DNA of 64,000 nucleotides from Bacillus subtilis subsp. subtilis str. 168 (GCF_000009045.1 NC_000964.3:3100001-3164000), one strand, 5' to 3'. Positions 19,838 to 32,290 are shown, counted from the stretch's first letter. The notes: generated from the sequence alone by a model not told the origin. A program made the numbers and translations.

Positions 19838-19998
19838 AGTAACCCCTCCTCTTGGTAATGGAAATCATCCATCATTCATATTGTAGCCTCATCTGACTTT
19901 ATTCAATAAAGTAATTTATGGTCGATATTCATTTGTTCTCTTGTGAAATGCGTGCTACAATTTTAGGATGCAATCGTACGCAAGGAGGCACATGAATT

Positions 19999-22641
<2,643 letters not shown>

Positions 22642-22661
22642 CACATGCACCCCCTACTAGT

Positions 22662-23441
22662 TCAAATATATTGATCAGTAAACGCTCTTGCTGCTTTAAA
22701 AACATCTTCTCTCTCGGGTTCATTGAAGATCTCATGGTAAAGCCCTTCCCACTCTCTGTATGCTTTATTATGAGAAGCAACACCATTAAACCACTTGATG
22801 ACCATCGTTTTGTCAACAAGCTTGTCATCACCGGCTTGCATCACAAGAAGCGGAACTTTCAAAAATGCCTCTGTCGGCACCATTGCCGATTCAATTGTCT
22901 TTAAAAGCTCTCTGTACCATCTGACAGAAACTTTCCTGACGTATAACGAATCATTTTGGTCAGCTTCGATGACGTCCTCATTGCGCGTCGCCATATCAAT
23001 TGATAATCCCGAATCAACCTTAAGTGACGGAGCGATGACATTCAGGCCTTTTGATGCAAGATCAAGCGCTTTATTCACTTTAATTTGCAGTCCGAGACAC
23101 GGTGATGATAAAATAATTCCCGTAATCCGGGGATTTCTTTGCTGTTTAACCCATTCAATCGCGACCAGACCGCCCATGCTGTGACCTAGAAGAAAAACCG
23201 GAAGATCAAAGGTTCGCGCTTTATCTATCCAAGCATCTACTTCATCAATGTATTCTTGAAACGAGCGAATATGCCCTCTCGCTCTTGTCGTTGTTCCCTG
23301 TCCAGGCAAATCGCCCATGACAACGTGATAACCCGAAGACCGCCACATTTCAATCAGCCATTTATATCGTCCGTGATATTCACTTGCCCCGTGAATGATT
23401 ACAATCACGGCAACAGGTCTGTCTGCTTTCCAGGTCCACAT
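22662..23441 (-). CDS. ytpA: Lysophospholipase-type alpha/beta hydrolase
   Basis: HGASE, GHSMGG nucleophile elbow, YHEIFNE; SD GAGGTG. Confidence 0.88.
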   Translation of the reverse strand: MWTWKADRPVAVIVIIHGASEYHGRYKWLIEMWRSSGYHVVMGDLPGQGTTTRARGHIRSFQEYIDEVDAWIDKARTFDLPVFLLGHSMGGLVAIEWVKQQRNPRITGIILSSPCLGLQIKVNKALDLASKGLNVIAPSLKVDSGLSIDMATRNEDVIEADQNDSLYVRKVSVRWYRELLKTIESAMVPTEAFLKVPLLVMQAGDDKLVDKTMVIKWFNGVASHNKAYREWEGLYHEIFNEPEREDVFKAARAFTDQYI

Positions 23442-23489
23442 GATCTTCACCTCATACGAAATTTAAATAGAGAAAGAAGGATGAATCTT

Positions 23490-24005
23490 ATGATCTACCC
23501 TTATAAGGAACACAAGCCAGATATCCACCCAACAGCCTTTATAGCTGATAATGCAACAATTACCGGTGATGTCGTGATCGGAGAACAGTCCAGCATTTGG
23601 TTTTCTGTTGTCATAAGGGGAGATGTTGCGCCGACCAGAATCGGAAACAGAGTCAATATCCAAGATTTAAGCTGCCTCCATCAAAGCCCGAACAAGACGC
23701 TACTCATTGAAGATGACGCCACGATAGGCCATCAGGTTACACTTCATAGCGCTGTTATCCGCAAGAACGCCTTAATCGGGATGGGCTCAATCATTTTAGA
23801 CGGAGCCGAAATTGGCGAAGGCGCTTTTATTGGTGCCGGCAGTCTTGTCCCGCCCGGAAAAATCATTCCGCCTGGCCATCTCGCCTTTGGCCGCCCTGCA
23901 AAAGTCATCCGCCCTTTGACGGAAGAAGACCGAAAAGATATGCAAAGAATACGGTCAGAATATGTAGAAAAGGGCCAATATTATAAATTTCTTCAACAAA
24001 CATAA
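23490..24005 (+). CDS. ytoA: Gamma-carbonic-anhydrase-like hexapeptide-repeat protein
   Basis: Left-handed beta-helix repeats (IGHQVTLH, IGMGSIIL); 171 aa from MIYPY; the 78-aa extension in the track overlaps ytpA. Confidence 0.85.
   Translation: MIYPYKEHKPDIHPTAFIADNATITGDVVIGEQSSIWFSVVIRGDVAPTRIGNRVNIQDLSCLHQSPNKTLLIEDDATIGHQVTLHSAVIRKNALIGMGSIILDGAEIGEGAFIGAGSLVPPGKIIPPGHLAFGRPAKVIRPLTEEDRKDMQRIRSEYVEKGQYYKFLQQT
23715..23741 (-). promoter_or_regulatory. Candidate ECF (sigM/sigX-type) promoter inside ytoA, facing ytpAB
   Basis: TGTAAC-N17-CGTC on the minus strand. Confidence 0.45.
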
Positions 24006-24221
24006 GACCTGCTTCGTCTTACTTTACCATTTTTCAAATTATATTTGAAAGCAATAACCATCGTTAACCCGGACGTCATACAGTTCGGGTTTCGATTTTT
24101 CCATAAAACGTTCACATATAGCATGAAACGTATGACTTTTATCTTATCACAAAACTATAAACAGCCTCTGCAAAAACACATACCTATTCTTTCCTGTTCT
24201 CTATTTTCTATGAGCACACAC

Positions 24222-24248
24222 AAAAAGAGCCCACTGGGAGCTCTTTTT
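24222..24248. terminator. Bidirectional terminator ytoA/ytnA
   Basis: AAAAAGAGCCC-act-GG(A)GCTCTTTTT with one bulge. Confidence 0.75.
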
Positions 24249-24249
24249 G

Positions 24250-25641
24250 TCAGCTGATATTTCGTTCGCTGGCAGCAGCCGCATTTTTTTTATGAAACCC
24301 TTTTCCATAGTACACAGCCAGCAAGATGAGAAACCATATCGGCCCGATAATCACGGCTACTCTTGTATCAGGGCTGTAAGCCATAAGAATGACGACGAAT
24401 GCTAGAAATGCCAATGACACATAAGACGTAAACGGAAATAAAGGCATTTTGTACTTTAATTGTTTCTTTTCTTCCGGCTTCAAACTTTTCCTGTATTTTA
24501 TTTGAGAAAGCAAAATGATTGCCCACGTCCAAATCGCTCCGAACGTCGCAATACTTGTAACCCAAGTAAATACCTTCGCAGGGACAACATAGTTTAACAG
24601 CACTCCGACTAATAAAGCGCCCGCTGAAGCCAGAACAGCTTTACCCGGGATGCCGCCTTTCGTCAGCTGACCATATGCTTGTGGCGCCTCTTTCTGTTCC
24701 GCCAAGTTAAACAGCATCCGCCCTGTGCTGAAAATACCACTGTTGCATGAAGACAGCGCGGCTGTCAACACGACAAAGTTAATGATACCTGCGGCCGATG
24801 GAATGCCCACTTTTTGAAATGTGAGAACAAATGGACTTCCTTGAGAGCCAATTTCCTGCCACGGATAAATAGACATAATGACAAATAAAGCGCCTACATA
24901 AAAAATCAAAATCCGCCAAAATACTGTATCGATTGCTTTGGCTAACGATTTTTGCGGGTTTTTTACTTCGCCAGCCGTCACCCCGATCATTTCAATCCCT
25001 AAATAGGCGAACATGACCATTTGAAGAGACAATAAAACCCCTTTTAATCCATGAGGGAAAAATCCTCCGTTGTTCCACAAATTGCTGATTCCGGTTGCAA
25101 TGCCCCCATTGCCGACTCCTGCAATAATCATCAATAAACCGACAGCAATCATGGATAAGATTGCAACAATTTTAATCAATGCGAACCAAAATTCCAGCTC
25201 GCCGTAAGCTTTGACAGCCAGGAAATTAACACCCGTCATAATGACCAGTGCCGATAACGCCCAAATCCAGTTTGGCACGTCCGGAAACCAGAACCCCATA
25301 TAGATGCCGACAGCAGTGATTTCGGCCATACAGGTGACAACCCATAAAAACCAGTAGTTCCAACCTGTTAAATAGCCTGCAAGCGGTCCCAAATAATCAC
25401 GCGCATACCTGCTGAAGGAGCCTGCGACCGGTTTTTGAATGGCCATTTCCCCAAGCGCTCTCATAATAAAAAACATGACCAGGCCGCTTGCGGCATACGC
25501 TACCAAAATACCAGGCCCTGCTAATTGAATAGCTGATGCGGAGCCGAGGAACAACCCTACTCCTATAGCAGCTCCTAAAGACATTAAAGAAATATGCCTT
25601 TCTTCGAGTCCGCGGTGCAGCTCTTGTTTTTGTTTTTGCAT
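24250..25641 (-). CDS. ytnA: APC-family amino acid permease (alanine permease AlaP)
   Basis: 463 aa, 12 TM, AAT-family motifs GAAIGVGLFLG and GELEFWF. Confidence 0.88.
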   Translation of the reverse strand: MQKQKQELHRGLEERHISLMSLGAAIGVGLFLGSASAIQLAGPGILVAYAASGLVMFFIMRALGEMAIQKPVAGSFSRYARDYLGPLAGYLTGWNYWFLWVVTCMAEITAVGIYMGFWFPDVPNWIWALSALVIMTGVNFLAVKAYGELEFWFALIKIVAILSMIAVGLLMIIAGVGNGGIATGISNLWNNGGFFPHGLKGVLLSLQMVMFAYLGIEMIGVTAGEVKNPQKSLAKAIDTVFWRILIFYVGALFVIMSIYPWQEIGSQGSPFVLTFQKVGIPSAAGIINFVVLTAALSSCNSGIFSTGRMLFNLAEQKEAPQAYGQLTKGGIPGKAVLASAGALLVGVLLNYVVPAKVFTWVTSIATFGAIWTWAIILLSQIKYRKSLKPEEKKQLKYKMPLFPFTSYVSLAFLAFVVILMAYSPDTRVAVIIGPIWFLILLAVYYGKGFHKKNAAAASERNIS

Positions 25642-25668
25642 GCTTCTTCTCCCCTAGAAAAAAATATC

Positions 25669-25677
25669 ATTATATCA
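25669..25677 (-). promoter_or_regulatory. Extended -10 promoter element upstream of ytnA
   Basis: TG-A-TATAAT; poor -35. Confidence 0.55.
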
Positions 25678-25737
25678 TTTTTCTGAATATTCCGTACGGA
25701 TTGGGTAAATCAATGATGATGGAGAAATAAAAGGATA

Positions 25738-25773
25738 ACAACAAGGCTTTCGACTACTCGAAAGCCTTGTTGT
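25738..25773 (-). terminator. Strong hairpin after asnB (weak U-tract)
   Basis: ACAACAAGGCTTTCGA-4nt-TCGAAAGCCTTGTTGT, perfect 16-bp IR. Confidence 0.7.
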
Positions 25774-25776
25774 CTG

Positions 25777-27675
25777 TTACACAAAGATGACTTCTTTAGG
25801 CTGATGGCTCAGCTCTTCAGGCATATACCGTTTTTCAATATTGATGCTGTGCCAGATCATAAAGATTAGCACAGTCCAAATTTTACGGCTGTTATCAGCC
25901 TTGTCCGCACAATGGTCTTCAAGAAGCTGAAGGACATAATCCTTATGGATATAAGCATCCGTTTGGCTTTCTTGAATAATATTCCGCACCCATTCGTTCA
26001 TTTCGTTTTTCAGCCAATGACGGATCGGTACAGGGAAACCAAGCTTTTTGCGGTTTAATACGTGCTCAGGCACAATTCCTTCAGCGGCTTTGCGAAGAAG
26101 ATACTTCGTCGTGCCGTTCTTCGTTTTCAGCTCATCAGGAATTTTTGAAGCGACGTCGAATACGACTTTATCCAAGAACGGCACACGCAGTTCCAAAGAA
26201 TTCGCCATCGTCATTTTATCCGCCTTTAACAAAATGTCGCCGCGCATCCAAGTGTGGATATCGACATACTGCATTTTGTTGATATCGCTGTACGAGCTGC
26301 TTTCTGTAAAGTAAGTCTTCGTCACATCGCGATATGAAAGGTTCGGATTATAATGCTTCAACAGCTGCTTTTTGACAGACTCTTCAAAGATTTTCGCGTT
26401 ACCGATATAACGATCCTGAAGCGGAGTGCAGCCGCGCTCAAGCAGGCTCTTCCCTCTCATACCTTCAGGCATAACGGCAGCAACGTGCAGAAGCATCTTT
26501 TTCAAGCCGGACGGAATCCGTTCAAACGGTTTAAGCGAAAGCGGTTCACGGTAAATGTTATATCCGCCGAAGAGCTCATCCGCTCCTTCACCTGATAAAG
26601 CAACCGTAACATGTTTTTTTGCTTCTTTTGCAACAAAGTACAACGGAATCGCTGCCGGATCAGCAAGCGGGTCATCAAAATGCCATACGATCTTCGGAAG
26701 CTCATTCATGTATTCCTCAGGCGAAATGACTTTGCTGATATTTTCAATGCCCAGCGCCGCTGCCGTTTCTTTCGCTACATCAACCTCACTGAAGCCCTGC
26801 TGTTCAAAGCCGACAGAGAATGTTTTTAAGCTTGGATGAAATTCCTTCGCAACAGACACAATAAAGGAAGAATCAATCCCGCCAGACAGGAACGAACCGA
26901 CAGGAACGTCACTTCTCATATGAACGTTTACAGAGTCATAGATCGCGTCTCGGACTTCTTTCACAAGCTTGTCTTCTTCAGTCTGAACCGGCTTGAAGTT
27001 CGCTTTGAAATACGTTTTGAATGTGATATCGCCGTCCGGGCGGATTGTGAATTGTGAACCCGGCTCTACTTTTTTCACATGGGCATCAAGCGTGCTTGGT
27101 TCAGGAACAAATTGGAAAGACATGTACTGCTGCAATGCCTCTTTATCTATTTCAATATCATTCTGAGCAACCATTAAACTTTTTCTCTCTGAGGCAAAAT
27201 AAACCTGATCATTGATCGTTGTGTAGTACAACGGTTTAATGCCGAATGGATCTCTTGCCCCATAAAGCACATGATCGTTTTTATTCCAAATCAGAAAGGC
27301 AAACATACCGCGCAGTTTGGACGCCGCTTCTTCTTTATAGTGACGGTAAGTCGCAAGAAGAACCTCTGTGTCCGAATCCGTGTTGAATGTGTACCCCTTT
27401 GCTTCAAGTTCTTCTCTCAGTTCGATATAGTTATAGATTTCTCCGTTAAAGATAATCCAATATGTTTCATCTTCATATGATAAAGGCTGTCCACCATTTT
27501 CTACATCAATAATGCTGAGCCGTCTGAATCCGAAGCCGACGTGCTCATCATGGAAATATCCATCACTGTCAGGACCGCGGTGAACGATCATTTGGTTCAT
27601 TTGTTTGATTAGTTCTTCTTGATCAGCGGTTTGAGCTAACGGATGCTTGTTAAAAACCCCGACAAATCCACACAT
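25777..27675 (-). CDS. asnB: Glutamine-dependent asparagine synthetase / peptidoglycan mDAP amidotransferase
   Basis: N-terminal Cys (MCGF, Ntn fold), HRGPD, FNGEIYNY, SGGIDSS, SGEGADE. Confidence 0.95.
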   Translation of the reverse strand: MCGFVGVFNKHPLAQTADQEELIKQMNQMIVHRGPDSDGYFHDEHVGFGFRRLSIIDVENGGQPLSYEDETYWIIFNGEIYNYIELREELEAKGYTFNTDSDTEVLLATYRHYKEEAASKLRGMFAFLIWNKNDHVLYGARDPFGIKPLYYTTINDQVYFASERKSLMVAQNDIEIDKEALQQYMSFQFVPEPSTLDAHVKKVEPGSQFTIRPDGDITFKTYFKANFKPVQTEEDKLVKEVRDAIYDSVNVHMRSDVPVGSFLSGGIDSSFIVSVAKEFHPSLKTFSVGFEQQGFSEVDVAKETAAALGIENISKVISPEEYMNELPKIVWHFDDPLADPAAIPLYFVAKEAKKHVTVALSGEGADELFGGYNIYREPLSLKPFERIPSGLKKMLLHVAAVMPEGMRGKSLLERGCTPLQDRYIGNAKIFEESVKKQLLKHYNPNLSYRDVTKTYFTESSSYSDINKMQYVDIHTWMRGDILLKADKMTMANSLELRVPFLDKVVFDVASKIPDELKTKNGTTKYLLRKAAEGIVPEHVLNRKKLGFPVPIRHWLKNEMNEWVRNIIQESQTDAYIHKDYVLQLLEDHCADKADNSRKIWTVLIFMIWHSINIEKRYMPEELSHQPKEVIFV

Positions 27676-27723
27676 AGTATTGCCTCCATAATTAAAATTG
27701 TCATCATTGAACCCCTATTTATA

Positions 27724-27749
27724 GACGCTGTGAATAGTATTTGGTTTCA
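27724..27749 (-). promoter_or_regulatory. ECF (sigM-type) promoter upstream of asnB
   Basis: TGAAAC-N16-CGTC(TA), exact consensus, about 50 nt before the asnB start. Confidence 0.75.
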
Positions 27750-27784
27750 CAGTTATGTAAAAAAATAAACATGAATACAACGAT

Positions 27785-27818
27785 AAAAAAGGGAAAGCCG
27801 CTTAACCAGTAAGCGGCT
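27785..27818 (-). terminator. metK terminator
   Basis: AGCCGCTTA-5nt-TAAGCGGCT followed by TTCCCTTTTTT on the minus strand. Confidence 0.75.
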
Positions 27819-27824
27819 ATAAAA

Positions 27825-29027
27825 TTATTCTCCTAACGCTTCTTTACGCAGCTGCTCCGCTTTGTCTGTGCGCTCCCATGGAAGGTCAACATCGTGACGT
27901 CCAAAGTGGCCGTACGCAGCAGTTTGTTTATAGATCGGACGGCGCAAATCAAGCATTTTGATAATGCCGGCAGGTCGTAAATCAAAGTTATTGCGAACAA
28001 CTTCAATCAGTTTTTCCTCAGAAGCTTTTCCTGAACCGAATGTGTTGATTGAGATTGACACAGGCTGTGCAACACCGATCGCGTAAGCAAGCTGTACTTC
28101 GCAAGAATCAGCAAGCTCAGCCGCAACGATGTTTTTCGCAACGTATCTTGCCGCATAAGCTGCAGAACGGTCTACCTTCGTCGCGTCCTTACCTGAGAAC
28201 GCGCCTCCGCCGTGGCGTGCATAGCCGCCGTACGTATCAACGATGATTTTGCGTCCTGTAAGTCCCGCATCCCCTTGAGGGCCTCCGATTACGAAACGTC
28301 CTGTAGGGTTGATGAAATATTTTGTTTCTTCATCAATCAGCTCTTCAGGAACAACCGGATTGATTACATGTTCTTTAATGTTGCGCTGAATTTGCTCAAG
28401 TGTAATTTCAGGGTGATGCTGAGTTGAAATAACAATCGCGTCAATGCGGACTGGTTTGTTATTTTCATCGTACTCAACCGTTACCTGTGTTTTGCCGTCA
28501 GGGCGAAGGTACGGAAGAATATCTTCTTTACGGACTTCACTTAGGCGGCGGGCTAATTTATGGGCAAGTGAAATTGGAAGAGGCATAAGCTCTTTCGTTT
28601 CGTTGCACGCATAACCGAACATTAATCCTTGGTCACCCGCACCAATCGCTTCAATTTCTTCGTCGCTCATTGTGCCTTCACGGGCTTCAAGCGCTTGGTC
28701 TACGCCCATCGCGATATCAGCAGACTGCTCATCAATTGATGTTAAAACCGCACAAGTTTCCGCATCAAATCCGTATTTTGCACGTGTGTATCCGATTTCT
28801 TTAATGGTTTGGCGAACCGTTTTCGGAATGTCAACATACGTAGAAGTTGTGATCTCTCCGCTTACAAGAACCAAACCTGTTGTCACAGATGTTTCACAAG
28901 CAACACGCGCGTTAGGGTCTTTCTTTAAAATTTCATCTAAAATGCTGTCAGAAATCTGGTCACAGATTTTATCCGGATGCCCCTCCGTAACAGATTCTGA
29001 TGTAAATAAACGACGATTTTTACTCAT
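27825..29027 (-). CDS. metK: S-adenosylmethionine synthetase
   Basis: [28 protein letters not shown]; 400 aa from MSKNRR with SD AGGAGG. Confidence 0.98.
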   Translation of the reverse strand: MSKNRRLFTSESVTEGHPDKICDQISDSILDEILKKDPNARVACETSVTTGLVLVSGEITTSTYVDIPKTVRQTIKEIGYTRAKYGFDAETCAVLTSIDEQSADIAMGVDQALEAREGTMSDEEIEAIGAGDQGLMFGYACNETKELMPLPISLAHKLARRLSEVRKEDILPYLRPDGKTQVTVEYDENNKPVRIDAIVISTQHHPEITLEQIQRNIKEHVINPVVPEELIDEETKYFINPTGRFVIGGPQGDAGLTGRKIIVDTYGGYARHGGGAFSGKDATKVDRSAAYAARYVAKNIVAAELADSCEVQLAYAIGVAQPVSISINTFGSGKASEEKLIEVVRNNFDLRPAGIIKMLDLRRPIYKQTAAYGHFGRHDVDLPWERTDKAEQLRKEALGE

Positions 29028-29146
29028 GATTTGCTTCCTCCTGCACAAGGCCTCCCGAAAGACCTTGTATATATGATACGGAACTCGCTCCCTCTTATAC
29101 AATGTACAGTTATATTAGAGAATGTTAATTGGCATATTTATGAAAT

Positions 29147-29334
29147 AAAAAAACCTTTTCCATCGAGGAAAGGGTTTGGTCTTTGTGCCTTTCACTCTTA
29201 TCGCTCAAGGAATCATACAACCTTGCAACAGGTTAGCACCTTGGTTGTCTCACTCAGTTGAACATAATAAATAACAGAGAAACCGGTTGCTGGGCTTCAT
29301 AGGGCCTGTCCCTCCGCCAGCTCGGGATAAGAGT
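29147..29334 (-). ncRNA. SAM-I (S-box) riboswitch with terminator
   Basis: P1 ACTCTTATC...GATAAGAGT (29326-29334/29194-29202), GGCGGAGGGA, GGCCC..TGAAGCCCAGCAACC, GGTGCTAA; terminator at 29147-29177. Confidence 0.97.
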
Positions 29335-29350
29335 ATCCGCTCAATGAAAT

Positions 29351-29380
29351 ATCTTATCGTAAAAGGGTTTGCAATGTCAA
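29351..29380 (-). promoter_or_regulatory. sigA promoter of metK
   Basis: TTGACA-18-TAAGAT, just upstream of P1. Confidence 0.75.
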
Positions 29381-29450
29381 TATGATTCAGAAGAAATAGG
29401 CACCTATATTGAGGGAAAACAATGGAAATGCACACACAAAAAACAATAAA

Positions 29451-29487
29451 TAGTATAGACTATTTGAAAATATATGTTATACTAATT
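29451..29487 (+). promoter_or_regulatory. pckA promoter with two inverted CcpN-type sites
   Basis: TAGACT-16-TATACT with TG extension; TAGTATA (29451-57) and TATACTA (29478-84) form inverted TATACT cores. Confidence 0.65.
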
Positions 29488-29529
29488 CACAATTAGCAAA
29501 ACACAAAAAACGATAAAGGAAGGTTTCAT

Positions 29530-31113
29530 ATGAACTCAGTTGATTTGACCGCTGATTTACAAGCCTTATTAACATGTCCAAATGTGCGTCATAATTTATC
29601 AGCAGCACAGCTAACAGAAAAAGTCCTCTCCCGAAACGAAGGCATTTTAACATCCACAGGTGCTGTTCGCGCGACAACAGGCGCTTACACAGGACGCTCA
29701 CCTAAAGATAAATTCATCGTGGAGGAAGAAAGCACGAAAAATAAGATCGATTGGGGCCCGGTGAATCAGCCGATTTCAGAAGAAGCGTTTGAGCGGCTGT
29801 ACACGAAAGTTGTCAGCTATTTAAAGGAGCGAGATGAACTGTTTGTTTTCGAAGGATTTGCCGGAGCAGACGAGAAATACAGGCTGCCGATCACTGTCGT
29901 AAATGAGTTCGCATGGCACAATTTATTTGCGCGGCAGCTGTTTATCCGTCCGGAAGGAAATGATAAGAAAACAGTTGAGCAGCCGTTCACCATTCTTTCT
30001 GCTCCGCATTTCAAAGCGGATCCAAAAACAGACGGCACTCATTCCGAAACGTTTATTATTGTCTCTTTCGAAAAGCGGACAATTTTAATCGGCGGAACTG
30101 AGTATGCCGGTGAAATGAAGAAGTCCATTTTCTCCATTATGAATTTCCTGCTGCCTGAAAGAGATATTTTATCTATGCACTGCTCCGCCAATGTCGGTGA
30201 AAAAGGCGATGTCGCCCTTTTCTTCGGACTGTCAGGAACAGGAAAGACCACCCTGTCGGCAGATGCTGACCGCAAGCTGATCGGTGACGATGAACATGGC
30301 TGGTCTGATACAGGCGTCTTTAATATTGAAGGCGGATGCTACGCTAAGTGTATTCATTTAAGCGAGGAAAAGGAGCCGCAAATCTTTAACGCGATCCGCT
30401 TCGGGTCTGTTCTCGAAAATGTCGTTGTGGATGAAGATACACGCGAAGCCAATTATGATGATTCCTTCTATACTGAAAACACGCGGGCAGCTTACCCGAT
30501 TCATATGATTAATAACATCGTGACTCCAAGCATGGCCGGCCATCCGTCAGCCATTGTATTTTTGACGGCTGATGCCTTCGGAGTCCTGCCGCCGATCAGC
30601 AAACTAACGAAGGAGCAGGCGATGTACCATTTTTTGAGCGGTTACACGAGTAAGCTTGCCGGAACCGAACGTGGTGTCACGTCTCCTGAAACGACGTTTT
30701 CTACATGCTTCGGCTCACCGTTCCTGCCGCTTCCTGCTCACGTCTATGCTGAAATGCTCGGCAAAAAGATCGATGAACACGGCGCAGACGTTTTCTTAGT
30801 CAATACCGGATGGACCGGGGGCGGCTACGGCACAGGCGAACGAATGAAGCTTTCTTACACTAGAGCAATGGTCAAAGCAGCGATTGAAGGCAAATTAGAG
30901 GATGCTGAAATGATAACTGACGATATTTTCGGCCTGCACATTCCGGCCCATGTTCCTGGCGTTCCTGATCATATCCTTCAGCCTGAAAACACGTGGACCA
31001 ACAAGGAAGAATACAAAGAAAAAGCAGTCTACCTTGCAAATGAATTCAAAGAGAACTTTAAAAAGTTCGCACATACCGATGCCATCGCCCAGGCAGGCGG
31101 CCCTCTCGTATAA
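29530..31113 (+). CDS. pckA: Phosphoenolpyruvate carboxykinase (ATP)
   Basis: GRSPKDK, kinase-1a [25 protein letters not shown]. Confidence 0.98.
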
Positions 31114-31114
31114 A

Positions 31115-31153
31115 AAACAAAAGCCAAGAGCAATTATGCTCTTGGCTTGTTTT
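31115..31153. terminator. Bidirectional terminator pckA/ytmB
   Basis: AAGCCAAGAGCA-atta-TGCTCTTGGCTT. Confidence 0.85.
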
Positions 31154-31394
31154 AATTGACGGAATGCAAAGAAGTCAGCTTGTATGTAATGATGGTCCGG
31201 CCTTCTTCCCATTGAAGCTTCTGCACTTCAGCTGTGCCTGACTTTTCGCCAAACTTTGTTTTGCGTACATCCATTGGAATCTCCATCGGATATACTCGGT
31301 ATCCGTCCTTCTCTAACGTGAATATATTTTCATCTATGCGAACTTCTTTTCCTTTTGTCACAATCAGTGTATTAAATTCAACAGGCATTCCCAA
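31152..31394 (-). CDS. ytmB: Small protein of unknown function
   Basis: 80 aa, TTG start, SD AAAGGGGA, extended -10 TGnTATGAT upstream. Confidence 0.8.
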   Translation of the reverse strand: MGMPVEFNTLIVTKGKEVRIDENIFTLEKDGYRVYPMEIPMDVRKTKFGEKSGTAEVQKLQWEEGRTIITYKLTSLHSVN

Positions 31395-31445
31395 AGTGAA
31401 ATCCCCTTTCGTTCTCTTTTTTCTTTATCATAACATATTTCACTG

Positions 31446-32219
31446 TCAGCGGTTTTTCATCCATTGTGTGAGCTGCCGCACGATACGCCGGTTTTCTTTT
31501 GGCGGGAAATAATGTGTGAATGTACTGTAGTACCATGTTTCCACCGGCTTATGCAGTTGTTTTAGCTTCTCTTCTAATAAATAGGAATGCTGAATCGAAA
31601 CATTTTGGTCTTTTTCTCCATGGATTAACAGCACGGGAGCCTGAATTTTGTTTACTTGGTCAAACGGTGTCCTCCATTGATATTCCTCAGGCACCTTTTT
31701 CGGTGTTCCGCCGATGACTCTTTTCATCATTCGCCGCAAATCCTGCCGCTCCTCGTATGTAAGAATCATATCACTGACGCCTCCCCAGGAAACAAATGAA
31801 GCTGCCTGCCCGCCCATTTCGATCGCAGTGAGCATTCCCATAATTCCGCCGCGGGAAAAACCGAAGATATGGATTCTATCCTTCTTGACATTTGGGTGCT
31901 GCTGAAGCAGGCGAAAAGCAGAAAATGCATCCTCCCTGTCTTCTCCGGCAAAATCCTCATTGCCTTCTCCTCCTTGATTGCCTCTGTAAAAAGGAGCAAA
32001 CACCACAAACCCTTGGGATGCAAACTGGATAATCCGGCCCGGCCGAACCATGCCCACGCTTTTAATCCCGCCGCGCAAATATAAAAATCCGTCATATTGT
32101 CCCGGTTCCGCCGGCTCAGCCAGAAGCCCCTTAACCCGTAATCCATTTGACAGATAGCAGATCGTATACAAACGCACATGCTGGCTTGGCGACGGAAATC
32201 TTCTTTTCTCTACAATCAA
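31446..32219 (-). CDS. ytmA: S9-family peptidase / alpha-beta hydrolase
   Basis: GFSRGG nucleophile, LIHGEKD, C-terminal His; TTG start after SD GGAGG (257 aa). Confidence 0.85.
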   Translation of the reverse strand: MIVEKRRFPSPSQHVRLYTICYLSNGLRVKGLLAEPAEPGQYDGFLYLRGGIKSVGMVRPGRIIQFASQGFVVFAPFYRGNQGGEGNEDFAGEDREDAFSAFRLLQQHPNVKKDRIHIFGFSRGGIMGMLTAIEMGGQAASFVSWGGVSDMILTYEERQDLRRMMKRVIGGTPKKVPEEYQWRTPFDQVNKIQAPVLLIHGEKDQNVSIQHSYLLEEKLKQLHKPVETWYYSTFTHYFPPKENRRIVRQLTQWMKNR

Positions 32220-32290
32220 AACAGCCGCCTCCTTTTTTCTATATGCTTTCCTTACTCCAAAATTACATCCGGAGAACCTGGTTAGGCATT

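Noticed and set aside
24072-24094. GAAAC...CGTC ECF-like motif on the minus strand
   Set aside because: Spacer is 13 nt, too short for the 16-17 nt of ECF promoters.
24045-24257. 70-aa ORF in the ytoA-ytnA gap, and an 8-aa MCFCRGCL ORF on the minus strand (24155-24181)
   Set aside because: No convincing SD or coding signature; the region is better explained by promoter elements.
28672-29076. 134-aa ORF antisense to metK
   Set aside because: Typical antisense-frame artefact with no translation signals.
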